From a bacterium (GTDB lineage: Bacteria; Patescibacteriota; UBA1384; CAILIB01), in NCBI GenBank assembly GCA_037131105.1, contig JBAXRQ010000001.1, forward strand, positions 258,039 through 322,038: DNA of 64,000 nt, written 5' to 3'. Of the stretch, positions 9,366 to 18,833 are shown in pieces (positions within the stretch are counted from its first letter, which is position 1; each line of letters starts with the position of its first letter). A model generated the notes under the pieces. The model saw only the letters and a program-made list of their open reading frames with translations. It did no database searches and was not told where the DNA came from. The translations under genes and the position numbers were made by a program.

Positions 9366-9697
9366 CCATCCTGGTCCATGGTATAGCCGATGCCATGAAC
9401 AGTACGGATGAGACGCCGACCAAAGGGTCGGTCGACTTTGTCTCGCAGATGCTTGATGTGAACGTCAACAAGATTGGAAAAGGGATTGGTGGCGTCGTCC
9501 CAGAGCTGCTCAAGGATCATTGTCCGGGTTACTACCCGGTCTTGGTTGCGCATGAGGTACTCCAAGAGGTCGAAGTCTTTGCGGCGAAGCCTGATTGGGG
9601 TGTTGCTACGGCGTACTGTTCGCCTGGCCGAATCAATTACTAGGTCTACGCAACAGATCATGGCGGAAGCTGCATGGTGGGGAGGGGGAATGAGCAT
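9362..9697 (-). CDS. Stand-alone OmpR/PhoB-type winged-helix DNA-binding protein
   Basis: LRRKDFDLLEYLMRN...VDVHIKHLRDKVD...IRTVHGIGY; no receiver domain. Confidence 0.85.
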   Translation of the reverse strand: MLIPPPHHAASAMICCVDLVIDSARRTVRRSNTPIRLRRKDFDLLEYLMRNQDRVVTRTMILEQLWDDATNPFSNLVDVHIKHLRDKVDRPFGRRLIRTVHGIGYTMDQDG

Positions 9698-9774
9698 ATA
9701 TCATCTATGAAAATAATACGTCCTCATGCTAGTACAGAAATATTAACTTTTCATTAACTTTTTGCCTGTGTGCG

Positions 9775-10347
9775 CTACGGCAAAAACAGGGTTGTCCGGA
9801 TGACGCTCCAGTAGTGGACAATGACAACGATAAACCCAGCATTAACTAAGGGAAATATCAGCAGGTTCTCAAACCAGTGACCGGTCTCAATGCGAAGCCC
9901 CTGGAAGGGGTGCGGAGGGATGCCGAACATATGCTGGTTGGGGAACAGTAGCGGCACGCCTTCTACCGTGAGCATGTCCGCCAGTATGTGGCTCCCGTAG
10001 GCGATGGCGAAGGCAATGAAGACATAGTGCCTGCCTAGTCCCCAATACAGCGGTGCCAAGAGCAGGAGTCGATACATGCCATAGCAGACTATGCCGTAGC
10101 CCAGGAATGAGTGAGTCAGGTTACGGTGGGCAAGGAAGGGGTTCACTAGTTCGCCGCCGATATGACCGAAAGGAAGGGCGTTCCAGAGCCGGGATCCAGG
10201 CTGGTCGATGTCGGGAAGTAGTGAACCGATGCAAGAGACCACCAATACTCCCGCTAGAGAGGCGGGCTGGTAATGCGGCGAAGTAGCGATAAGAAAAGAG
10301 GCAAGCCCGGCGGTCATTCCAATGACCTGGTGGGTCTTACCGGTCAT
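9775..10347 (-). CDS. Membrane-bound metal-dependent hydrolase (YdjM-like)
   Basis: MTGKTH, LLPDID, HRNLTHS, SHILAD motifs. Confidence 0.9.
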   Translation of the reverse strand: MTGKTHQVIGMTAGLASFLIATSPHYQPASLAGVLVVSCIGSLLPDIDQPGSRLWNALPFGHIGGELVNPFLAHRNLTHSFLGYGIVCYGMYRLLLLAPLYWGLGRHYVFIAFAIAYGSHILADMLTVEGVPLLFPNQHMFGIPPHPFQGLRIETGHWFENLLIFPLVNAGFIVVIVHYWSVIRTTLFLP

Positions 10348-12101
10348 TACATTCTCTCGGGAACCGAAATACCAAGCAGGCTAAGGCCGAGCTCCAGCTG
10401 CTGCTGGGTGAGCCAGGCCAGAGTCAGCCATGACCGCTTGATAGCCGGGTCCGGCTGGTTGGCGATATGTGAGTTCTGGTAGAACCTATTGAACTCCTGG
10501 GCCAGACTGAAGAGGTGGTCGCAGAGAATGTGAGGGGCGTTACCGGCCTGGGTGTCGATGAGGACCTGGGGAAAACGGGTGAGCGACAGTATGACGGCAT
10601 GCTCAGCCTCTGTGGCAGGTGCCAACAGTCCTTCAGACGAGTTCACCTCTTCCCCGACATGCCTGAAGATCGACTTGATACGGACGGTAGTGTATACGAG
10701 GTAGGGTCCGGTCTTGCCCTCGAAGCTGACGAACTTATCGATATCAAAGATATAATCGGAAGACGAGTTGGTGCTGAGATCGCCAAACTTAAGGGCGGCC
10801 AGACCTACCTTCTCAGCAATTTCATGCTGCTCTTCTTCCGAGTAATCCTTGGCGGCTCCTATCTCGTGCAATCGCTGCAGGGCTTTCTCCTGGACCTCTC
10901 CGATGAGGTCCTGCAGCTTCATGACGCCTCCGGCCCGGGTCTTAAAAGGCCTTCCATCAGGGCCGTTCATGGTACCGAATCCTAGGTGCTGCAAGACCAT
11001 ATCCTCAGGGGCGATGCCGGTCTGGCGGGCAGCGGCAAAGACCTGCTGGAAGTGAAGGCTCTGGCGCTGGTCAGCTACTACTAGTGATCGCTTCACACCG
11101 TCAGTAGCCCGATCTAGGATGGTGGCAAGATCTGAGGTGCTATAGAGGTAGGCGCCATCTGACTTCTCAAGAAGAAGCGGAGGAAGCTCCTTACCGTCAA
11201 CGGGATGAAGGTGGACCACTAGGGCTCCTTCACTTTCGACCGCCAGGCCGCGCTGCTTGAGGTCGGCGATCATGGTGCCGATGAGGTCATGGTAATGGCT
11301 CTCACCGTTCCATAGGTCAAAATGCACGTCGAGCTTCTCCATCTGGACCTTGATGGCACTTACCGAGATATCCACGAAGTGCTGCCAGAGGGCACGGTAG
11401 CCGGGTCGTCCCTGCTGCAGCTCGTAGGTGGCCTGCAAGGCGTCTTTCTTGGCCTGCTCATTCTCCTTGCAGCGGGCGGCAGATCGCGGGTAGATGGCCT
11501 CGAGGTCGTCGAGGGTGACCGGAGACTCGGTAGGGTAGGGGCCGGTGAGCTGCTCGTCGAAGTAGGGGAGCTCCGGCTGGTCGCGGCGGATCTCGCTGAT
11601 GATCATGCCCATCTGGGTGCCCCAGTCGCCCATATGGATATCTCCCTGGATATTCGCACCAAGCAGGACGTAGAGCCGGCGCAGGCTTTCACCGATGACT
11701 GACGGCCGAAGATGGCCGATGTGCAGGGGCTTGGCTACGTTCATGCCTCCGAAGTCGACGACGGTCTTCTGGTCCTTTACATTCGTGAGAGAGGAGTAAT
11801 CGGCGTCCTTAGTGGCGAGCTTGGCCTGGTCGGCTAAGAACTGCTTGTCCAGGCGAATATTAATGAAACCGGGCCCGGCAATGTCGAGGGTGAACTCACT
11901 ACAGCCAGTGAGGGTGTCGACGACCTTCTGGGCGACCTCGCGGGGAGGCATGCCAAGGGATTTGGCGCAGGAGAGGGCGTCATTGCATTGGTAATCGGCA
12001 AGCTCCGGACGGTCGCTGGGCGTAACGCTGCCTACTTGGGCTCCTAAGCTGGCAAATGCTTCGCTAAAAAGGTTGCTGAGGTATGATTCGATGGAGTGCA
12101 T
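10347..12101 (-). CDS. argS: Arginine--tRNA ligase
   Basis: NVAKPLHIGHLR HIGH motif, GDWGTQMG, FKTRAG, GKTGPYL, C-terminal PERM. Confidence 0.98.
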   Translation of the reverse strand: MHSIESYLSNLFSEAFASLGAQVGSVTPSDRPELADYQCNDALSCAKSLGMPPREVAQKVVDTLTGCSEFTLDIAGPGFINIRLDKQFLADQAKLATKDADYSSLTNVKDQKTVVDFGGMNVAKPLHIGHLRPSVIGESLRRLYVLLGANIQGDIHMGDWGTQMGMIISEIRRDQPELPYFDEQLTGPYPTESPVTLDDLEAIYPRSAARCKENEQAKKDALQATYELQQGRPGYRALWQHFVDISVSAIKVQMEKLDVHFDLWNGESHYHDLIGTMIADLKQRGLAVESEGALVVHLHPVDGKELPPLLLEKSDGAYLYSTSDLATILDRATDGVKRSLVVADQRQSLHFQQVFAAARQTGIAPEDMVLQHLGFGTMNGPDGRPFKTRAGGVMKLQDLIGEVQEKALQRLHEIGAAKDYSEEEQHEIAEKVGLAALKFGDLSTNSSSDYIFDIDKFVSFEGKTGPYLVYTTVRIKSIFRHVGEEVNSSEGLLAPATEAEHAVILSLTRFPQVLIDTQAGNAPHILCDHLFSLAQEFNRFYQNSHIANQPDPAIKRSWLTLAWLTQQQLELGLSLLGISVPERM

Positions 12102-12106
12102 GCGGG

Positions 12107-12817
12107 CTAGCTAATACGTGTGCCGATAGTCTCGCCCTCAATGATCCGCTTGATGTTGCCATGAGTCAGAAGGTCGAAGATGATAATGGGAAGCGAATTG
12201 TCCATGGCCAGGGAGAGGGCGGCATTGTCCATTACCTTGATGTCAGAGCTGCTGAGGGCCTCGCTGAAACCAATCTGCTGCTTACGTACGGCGTCAGGAT
12301 GTGTAGCGGGGTCTTTGTCATAGACGCCGTCTACCTTGGTGGCCTTCAGTACGGTCTCGCACTCGAGCTCCAGGCCGGCGCTTACCGCGGCGGTATCAGT
12401 GGTGACGTAGGGCGCTCCGATGCCGCCGGCGATAAGTACGATCCTGTCCTTCTCCATATGTCGGATGGCCCGGCGGCGGATATAGGGCTCGGCAACGCTC
12501 TCTATCTTCAGGCGGCTCTGCAGTCTGGCTGGCTGCCCGTTGGCCTCTAGGGCGTCCACCAAGGCCATGCCGTTGATAACGGTGGCAAGCATCCCCATAT
12601 AGTCCCCGGTGGCCCGTTCGACGCCGTGGTTGGCTATGGAGGCACCGCGCATGAAGTTGCCACCGCCCACTACCACGGCTAGCTGGACGCCGGTGCTTTC
12701 GCGGGCCTCCTTCAGCTCACGTGCCAGTTTGGCGACGAACTCAGGGTCGATGCCATGGTCACGGCTGCCGGAGAACTGTTCGCCGGAGAGTTTTAGGAGG
12801 ACACGCTTCAGTGCCAT
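12107..12817 (-). CDS. pyrH: UMP kinase
   Basis: RVLLKLSGE, VGGGNFMRG, DYMGMLAT, TTDTAA, KVDGVYDKDP. Confidence 0.98.
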   Translation of the reverse strand: MALKRVLLKLSGEQFSGSRDHGIDPEFVAKLARELKEARESTGVQLAVVVGGGNFMRGASIANHGVERATGDYMGMLATVINGMALVDALEANGQPARLQSRLKIESVAEPYIRRRAIRHMEKDRIVLIAGGIGAPYVTTDTAAVSAGLELECETVLKATKVDGVYDKDPATHPDAVRKQQIGFSEALSSSDIKVMDNAALSLAMDNSLPIIIFDLLTHGNIKRIIEGETIGTRIS

Positions 12818-12920
12818 GAGGGAAGAGGTTAGGTATCTTTACCATAGCGGATTTGGAGGGGTATGAACAGGTTGAAGCTTTGCTTAGTTTACTTAGTTTT
12901 GCCGTCATGGTACCTTTTTC

Positions 12921-13226
12921 TTGACAAAAGAGGGAGGAATTATGGGTGCTCGGATAACGTTTGCCGTAGTGTTCGCTGTCGTCTACATGTACATGCTTAG
13001 TATCTGCATTGAGGAAGGCTTCAAGTACAAGCCTTTGAACGGCAGGCTTAGGGAGGTAGTCATTGCGGTTATGGCAGGGATAATCTCGGTGCATTTACTG
13101 GTACTGATGTCTGAACTTTTGGTAGTTGCGATAAGGCCGCGAGCATATGTCGGAGCAGCTGTCTCATGGGTCGTAGTGTACCTGCTTAGCGTATTCGGAA
13201 GCGTCTTATGGAGAAAGGCGCAATGA
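12921..13226 (+). CDS. Hypothetical membrane protein
   Basis: Three hydrophobic segments; GGAGG before an internal ATG near 12942, the likely true start. Confidence 0.55.
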   Translation: MTKEGGIMGARITFAVVFAVVYMYMLSICIEEGFKYKPLNGRLREVVIAVMAGIISVHLLVLMSELLVVAIRPRAYVGAAVSWVVVYLLSVFGSVLWRKAQ

Positions 13227-13298
13227 TATTCAGATCAAAATCCCCCGTCAGCTGCGCTGGCGGGGGATTTCCTCTCTGTCTCGATATATGCAAAATAT

Positions 13299-13373
13299 TG
13301 GGGCGGCCAGAGGGGAACGATCCCTCGATAAGAGAACCACAATCTCTTGTGTTACCACTACACTATGGCCGCC
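13299..13373 (-). tRNA. tRNA-His (GTG)
   Basis: G-1 GCGGCCA...AGAGA TTGTGGT TCTCT...TGGCCGC C CCA; atypical T-loop ATCGTTC. Confidence 0.92.
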
Positions 13374-13687
13374 ATATGTTAACCTGCCGTTCGATAATAG
13401 CCTATTCTGCAGACAAATTCCAGGGTGAGGCGGGCAGTCTCATGCCATTGGAGGGATGAGACTGCCGGCTCGGGGCGTCATGGGTTTGGGTGACAGAGTA
13501 GCTGTGCGGCAAGGTCCCTTGTAGTATCGTAGACCACCATTGCGCCTATCATAGCTAGACCGAATCCTCCAGCCCACAGAAATATCTTCATGGATCCTCC
13601 TTGAATCCTGGACTAGGGCAAAGGTATCAAAAATAACCGGTTTTGTACAGGGAAAAGTGCCTACTTAGGGGGTAGGTGATTTTTCTT

Positions 13688-13895
13688 TGGAGCGGGAGGG
13701 GAGTCGGACGTCGGAGCGAAGCTCCTCCTAGGAAACCTGCGGTTTCCTTAACGCTTTCTTCGAAAGCTACCTTCCTCCACGGAAGAACTCCCGGATTGCA
13801 GCATCTGCCTTCGGCGGACGGGCAAGCTTGCACATGGAAAAAGCGGCATCCCCCAGATGCTGCTTATCCCTCCCCCTCCCTGTCCGACTCCCACT
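13688..13895. repeat. tRNA-3'-anchored palindromic element, copy at tRNA-Gly
   Basis: TGGAGCGGG..GGGAGTCGGAC copies the tRNA-Gly 3' end; GTCCGACTCCCACT (13882-13895) is the inverted T-arm; body has GGAAACCTGCGGTTTCC and CTACCTTCCTCCACGGAA. Confidence 0.85.
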
Positions 13896-13939
13896 CATGA
13901 GTACAAAGAAAAACCCTCCGCAAGCGGAGAGTTTTTCTT

Positions 13940-14013
13940 TGGAGCGGGTAGTGGGAGTCGGACCCGCGTCTTCTCCTTGGAAGGGAGGTGTAATACCGTT
14001 ATACGATACCCGC
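13940..14013 (-). tRNA. tRNA-Gly (TCC)
   Basis: GCGGGTATCGTATAACGGTATTAC...CTTCCAA...GGTCCGACTCCCACTACCCGCTCCA; atypical T-loop TCCGACT. Confidence 0.92.
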
Positions 14014-14074
14014 GTACCTTACGGTTATAGCACAGAGCGGGGGCCTGGTGAAGCCCCCGTCCGCAGGCGTAAGG

Positions 14075-16363
14075 TTAGAATGAGGTTGAACCGGATCCGT
14101 AATTAAGGCCGCAAATGTGGCTTGCACAAGGAAGGCTGGGGGAGGGGGTGGGGACCGGCTTAAGGACTGACACCGCATCACCTGGCTTTGAGAGGCTGGT
14201 CCTGCTCGTAACACCATGTATCGTCACAGTCTGGGTGCCATTGTTTAGCTCCACATTCTTGATTTGATCATCTGCAGTCCCATTCCTCCACTCGCCCTTA
14301 AGTTCAGCTCCGCCTAAGGCTGTGGTAATGGTCACGGCTCCAGTTGCGCCAAGCGCTACGCCCCTGATGTGTTGAATGGTGGCACCGGCAACTCCACCAG
14401 CGCTCACGGCATCCGGGAACACAAGATCATAGTCTATGAGGGCATCAGGGATACCCTGGGTGATGGCGACCTGGTACTTGTGCTTGGTGTGGCCAGCTTC
14501 GACCAGATTGTCGTCAGTGGTTCCGGTCCTGGTAAGTTTCACCTGGATCCCGCCTGAGCCACCGCTGGTATCGGCCGGCTCTACCCTGATTGGAAAGGTG
14601 GTGTCGGCGTAGTCATACCGGTGGGCGGCCTGTGAGCCGGTGCCGCTGCCCTTCTCGACGATTACCTTGGGATGGAACATCCGGGTAGTGGTAGTGCTGT
14701 CGTTGGTAAAGGCATAGGCGGGACAGCTCCACTGGAAACTGCTTCGGCGGGGCACGTTCATGAGCCTATAGTACCAGCCGTAGTCATTGGGCTGAACGGC
14801 GGAGTTGGCGACATAGGTGTGAGGTAAAAGCGTCTGGTTTGGGGCGGTACCTTGTAACGGGCCGATCCTATTGTCCTGGCTGTCGCAGTAGAAGTAGGTG
14901 TTGGTGGTGGCGGTCGGATCTCCCCCCGTTACGTTGGCGGTGAGGCTTGCACTGCGCCGGTAGTACTGTCTGGAGGAAACGGGGATTTCAGGGAGTACCG
15001 TGATGGTGACCCTGACGGGTGGGTAAATAGTGAAGACTACGTAGGAGTAGGCTTTTGTGGAACAGCTGCGTGGGTCGGGAGCGCCGGCTCCGACGGGGGC
15101 ACCTGCCGGGAACTGGGTCTGGCCTGCGCAGAGCGTGGGATTGTCCGCTATTGCCGCGGTGACCTTGGCCACTGCGGTGTGGGGCAGGCGATTATCGGCA
15201 GCGACTTCGCTTGCGATGTCCTGGTACTGGTACACGCAGGGGATTGCGTAGGGAGGGGCAGGAGTTTGCGACAACCCTGTTTGGTTAAGGACGCCAGTAC
15301 CGCTGTTGCTGGTAATGCCTGGATTCTCCAGGGAGTTGCATTCGTAATAATAAAACGGATGTCCGCTGCTGGGGGCCGCACCAGATGGGTATAGTTTTAT
15401 TGGATCTGTCACCAGAAGGTTTGCACTAAGGCCATTAACCGCACTGGTCGGTGTGGGTATGAGTGTGTAGGTGGGGGGCACGTCGTTATTGAGGGTGCGT
15501 GCGGCGTTGGTATATGAGTGAAGGGCGCCGACCGATATGCCCTGGCTGGCCGGACCTACTACGACCATACCGATATCATAGGCGTTCACGATGTCTATGT
15601 TTAGGCTGTTGCCGCGCTCAACTATCACCTTCGGGTAGAAGACGCTGGGGTTATCCCCGTCGCTGGCCTTGTGGGAGTAGTGGCAGGTAGGTATGTTCGC
15701 GGCATTGGGCTCGTCCTGACCGGCCGGCACAGTCGGAGTGCTAATAAGGCCGCTGGGGGTTATGCCGGGAGTCTTGCTGTTGTTGTCGCACCAGAAGCTG
15801 AACTTGCTGCTCTGGTCGGTAAAGCCTCCCACTGCCTTGGCGGTTATCGTTGAGTCCACCGTCCCGTTGCCGCTCGTGGTGCCTACCTTAATCGTGACTG
15901 CTATCTTGGTGGGTGGGTTTATGATGATGCTGACTACGGCGATCTTGTGGCATTTGACGCCGCAGCTGCCATTGTTGACGATGACCTTGGCGTACTTGGT
16001 CATCGAAGAAAAGGGGTTTAAGGGGTTGTCGCGGCTATAGGTGCAGCCGGAGTAGCTGTAGCTGAACTTATTCAAGGCGACAGTCTGGGGATTTGAGCGG
16101 GTGCCGGTGGGCTCGCTGCCGTCATTCTTCTCGTCGCAGTAGATCTGGTAGTCGTAGGTTTTGGAAGTGTCCCCGCTTTGGTTCAGCACATTTGCCGTAA
16201 TAGTCGGCGTGAAGGTCATGCCGGGGTTGGGGGATTCGTCGGGAGTGGCCTGGGCGGTGATAGCCAGGTCCAGGGTGGCGGCGTGTACGGGGGCACTGCT
16301 AAGCAGCAGGACTGCGACTAACAGGAGGGAGCGGAGAAGCGTGGTAAGACGCATGGCAATCAT
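14075..16363 (-). CDS. Large secreted/surface protein with four Cys-paired beta-rich repeats
   Basis: Signal peptide; repeats of [YF]x[YFW]C[DN]...C.Y...[PA]KVIV; Thr/Pro/Gly rich. Confidence 0.8.
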   Translation of the reverse strand: MIAMRLTTLLRSLLLVAVLLLSSAPVHAATLDLAITAQATPDESPNPGMTFTPTITANVLNQSGDTSKTYDYQIYCDEKNDGSEPTGTRSNPQTVALNKFSYSYSGCTYSRDNPLNPFSSMTKYAKVIVNNGSCGVKCHKIAVVSIIINPPTKIAVTIKVGTTSGNGTVDSTITAKAVGGFTDQSSKFSFWCDNNSKTPGITPSGLISTPTVPAGQDEPNAANIPTCHYSHKASDGDNPSVFYPKVIVERGNSLNIDIVNAYDIGMVVVGPASQGISVGALHSYTNAARTLNNDVPPTYTLIPTPTSAVNGLSANLLVTDPIKLYPSGAAPSSGHPFYYYECNSLENPGITSNSGTGVLNQTGLSQTPAPPYAIPCVYQYQDIASEVAADNRLPHTAVAKVTAAIADNPTLCAGQTQFPAGAPVGAGAPDPRSCSTKAYSYVVFTIYPPVRVTITVLPEIPVSSRQYYRRSASLTANVTGGDPTATTNTYFYCDSQDNRIGPLQGTAPNQTLLPHTYVANSAVQPNDYGWYYRLMNVPRRSSFQWSCPAYAFTNDSTTTTRMFHPKVIVEKGSGTGSQAAHRYDYADTTFPIRVEPADTSGGSGGIQVKLTRTGTTDDNLVEAGHTKHKYQVAITQGIPDALIDYDLVFPDAVSAGGVAGATIQHIRGVALGATGAVTITTALGGAELKGEWRNGTADDQIKNVELNNGTQTVTIHGVTSRTSLSKPGDAVSVLKPVPTPSPSLPCASHICGLNYGSGSTSF

Positions 16364-16503
16364 GAGTGACGAATATAGATATCCCTATAAGATAAGGATA
16401 AGGGAGGCGGGCCAACGGTGTCAAACCCGGAATCTGGTGATTGTGCCTTCGGCGCTTGTGGTAGTTATTTTCTATTAAGGCGTAGACGATCTTGGCAACG
16501 TTC

Positions 16504-16633
16504 TGGTCGGGGCGCGCATGACATCTCACCGCTTCGCTTTTGAGAACCCACGGTTCTCAACGCTCACTTTGTTCGCTGCTCTCCTCTGCGGAACCTTGGC
16601 AGGCTCCGACCCTCCGCTAGTTTGAGTCTGCGC
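16504..16633. repeat. tRNA-3'-anchored palindromic element, copy at tRNA-Pro
   Basis: TGGTCGGGGCGCGCA (16504-16518) equals the tRNA 3' end; GTTTGAGTCTGCGC is the inverted T-arm; shared body motifs. Confidence 0.85.
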
Positions 16634-16640
16634 TTCGTTA

Positions 16641-16680
16641 CAGAATAAAAGAACCATCCGAAGATGGTTCTTTTATTCTG
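16641..16680 (-). terminator. Hairpin terminator of tRNA-Pro
   Basis: CAGAATAAAAGAACCATC-CGAA-GATGGTTCTTTTATTCTG. Confidence 0.75.
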
Positions 16681-16754
16681 GTCGGGGCGCGCAGACTCGA
16701 ACTGCGGACCTCCTGGTCCCAAACCAGGCGCACTACCAACTGTGCTACGCCCCG
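16679..16754 (-). tRNA. tRNA-Pro (TGG)
   Basis: CGGGGCGTAGCACAGTTGGTAGTGC...CCTGG TTTGGGA CCAGG...GTTCGAGTCTGCGCGCCCCGACCA. Confidence 0.97.
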
Positions 16755-17047
16755 AGGAGAGATGGTACTGACGTGCTAGCATGTCAGTACCATCTCGACG
16801 AGGGGAGCTCTTCCGCGAAGCGGGAGAGACGCCCCCACACGCCTTGGCGTGTGTTTCGTCTCGGTGTTGATATTGAGGAATGCTGGCGACCGTGCTTGCA
16901 CGGGCAGTAGCATTCTGAGGAGGGACGATTCCGCGAAGCGGAATCTGCCTCCGAGGAGAGATGCAGTGTACGTCTATTGAGTACACTTGGTGTTGGTATT
17001 GGGAAATCAAAGAGAACGAATAACAAAAGCACTCTACCATATCTTAA

Positions 17048-17272
17048 CCGATCAGGCGAGGGCTGGCGCCATGCTCATCCATATTCAACCTGTCTGAACC
17101 TGATAGTGCATTGCATTTCTTCCCCCGACCGGCTACTATATAGGTACGCGTACCAGTGTTTTTCCCAATAAAGACGTACGCCATTACATGCATAACCTGT
17201 CCATGAAGTTAACGAAGCGCCGAGCCGCATACGGGCACGAACGAATCTCGCTATAGCAGCCCACACGGGCGG
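17048..17272 (+). ncRNA. Candidate 6S RNA upstream of rny
   Basis: Intergenic position before rny; possible closing stem GGGCTG/CAGCCC; fold not verified. Confidence 0.25.
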
Positions 17273-17312
17273 CCTTCTTTTCCTGTTCTCAGGCGTGGAC
17301 TGAAAGGATACC

Positions 17313-18833
17313 ATGGGTTTCCTGATTGAGGGTATTGTGGCGGCTGTCGCCGGTCTTGCCGTTGGCGGCGGGGCGGTATTTGCCGTGCTGAAGAAGAATC
17401 AAAAAGGTGGGAACAAAAAGGCTGAGGCGGCTATCCGCGAGGCTGAGAAGAAGGCCGAGCAGATGGTAAAGGAGGCTGCAGCTGAGGCTGAGAAGCGCCG
17501 CACCTCCCTGCTTAAGGAGTCCGAGGAGCGCCAGGTATTTCTGCGTGACCTGGAGAAGTCCTTGCAGCAGCGTGAATCTAACTTGGACAAGCGCCTGCAG
17601 GAGATAGAGAAGTCCCGCTTGGAGTGGGAGAAGAAGAATGACGAAGTGGTGAAGATAAAGGAGGCTGTGCGTGAGATCCGCGACAAGCAGGAGGCTTCCC
17701 TGGAGCGTATCGCCCACATGAAAAAGGAAGACGCCAAGGCGGTTCTGCTGAGTGTAGTGGAGAAGGCACAGAAGGATGAGATCCTGCGCAAGATGAAGAC
17801 TCTCGACGATGAGACCGAGTCCGAGATCGAGGCCGAGGCCCGCAAGAAGATTGCTACCGTACTGGCTCGTATCGCCTCCGAGGTTACGGCTGAGAATACC
17901 ATCTTCGCCGTTACCATTCCTTCTGAGGAAATGAAGGGTAGGCTTATCGGTAAGGAAGGCCGCAACATCCAGGCCTTCGAAAAGGCCACCGGTGTGGACC
18001 TGCTTATTGACGACAGTCCAGACACTGTTCTAGTAGCCTCATTCGACCCTATGCGTCGTGAGATCGGCCGTATGGCTCTGGAGCAGCTCATTAAGGACGG
18101 ACGCATCCATCCGGCCCGCATCGAAGAGGTGGTGGTGAAAGCCACTGAGGACGTCAATGTCGCCGTCCGTAAGGCTGGTGAGGCTGCCGTACTAGATGCT
18201 AAAGTTTCCGGCCTGCCCAAGGAGATCATTCGTATTCTTGGACAGCTGAAGTACCGTACTTCCTATGGACAGAACCAGCTGGCCCACGCCATCGAGGTGT
18301 CCAAGCTTTCAGGTGTGTTGGCTGAGGAGCTTGGCGCCGATGCCGCCCTCTGCCGCAAGGCCGGTCTGCTGCATGACTTGGGTAAAGCCCTGGACCACGA
18401 CATCAAGGCTCCCCACCACCACATCTCAGCTGACATCGCCAGGAAGTACAATCTGGGTGAGGACGTGGCCCACGCCATCATCGCCCACCACGACGACGTC
18501 ATGCCTACTACTACTGAGGCTTGGATCGTCAAGTCGGCCGACGCCATCTCAGGCGCCCGCCCGGGTGCCCGCCGCGGATCGTACGAGGAATATGTGGAGC
18601 GCCTGCGTGAGCTTGAGAATGTCGCCAACGGATTCCCTGGGGTTGAGAAATCCTTCGCCATCCAGGCCGGCCGCGAGGTGCGTGTCTTCGTCCGTCCCGC
18701 CGATGTGGACGACCTGGCCGCCGCTAAGCTTGCCAAGGGCATAGCCGCCAAGATCGAGGACGAGCTGGCCTATCCGGGCCAGGTAAAGGTCAACGTCATT
18801 AGGGAGACTCGTTCAATAGCGTACGCCAGCTAA
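17313..18833 (+). CDS. rny: Ribonuclease Y
   Basis: N-terminal TM, coiled coil, KH motif MKGRLIGKEGRNI, HD motif LLHDLGK, AIQAGREVRV. Confidence 0.98.
   Translation: MGFLIEGIVAAVAGLAVGGGAVFAVLKKNQKGGNKKAEAAIREAEKKAEQMVKEAAAEAEKRRTSLLKESEERQVFLRDLEKSLQQRESNLDKRLQEIEKSRLEWEKKNDEVVKIKEAVREIRDKQEASLERIAHMKKEDAKAVLLSVVEKAQKDEILRKMKTLDDETESEIEAEARKKIATVLARIASEVTAENTIFAVTIPSEEMKGRLIGKEGRNIQAFEKATGVDLLIDDSPDTVLVASFDPMRREIGRMALEQLIKDGRIHPARIEEVVVKATEDVNVAVRKAGEAAVLDAKVSGLPKEIIRILGQLKYRTSYGQNQLAHAIEVSKLSGVLAEELGADAALCRKAGLLHDLGKALDHDIKAPHHHISADIARKYNLGEDVAHAIIAHHDDVMPTTTEAWIVKSADAISGARPGARRGSYEEYVERLRELENVANGFPGVEKSFAIQAGREVRVFVRPADVDDLAAAKLAKGIAAKIEDELAYPGQVKVNVIRETRSIAYAS

Noticed and set aside
16760-16963. 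RNase P RNA
   Set aside because: No GAGGAAAGTCC or ACAGAA..CGGC conserved regions, and the region is too short.
17399-18751. Long antisense ORFs over rny, and similar ones over argS, thyX, IS30 and xth
   Set aside because: Shadow frames arising from GC-rich codon bias opposite well-supported genes.
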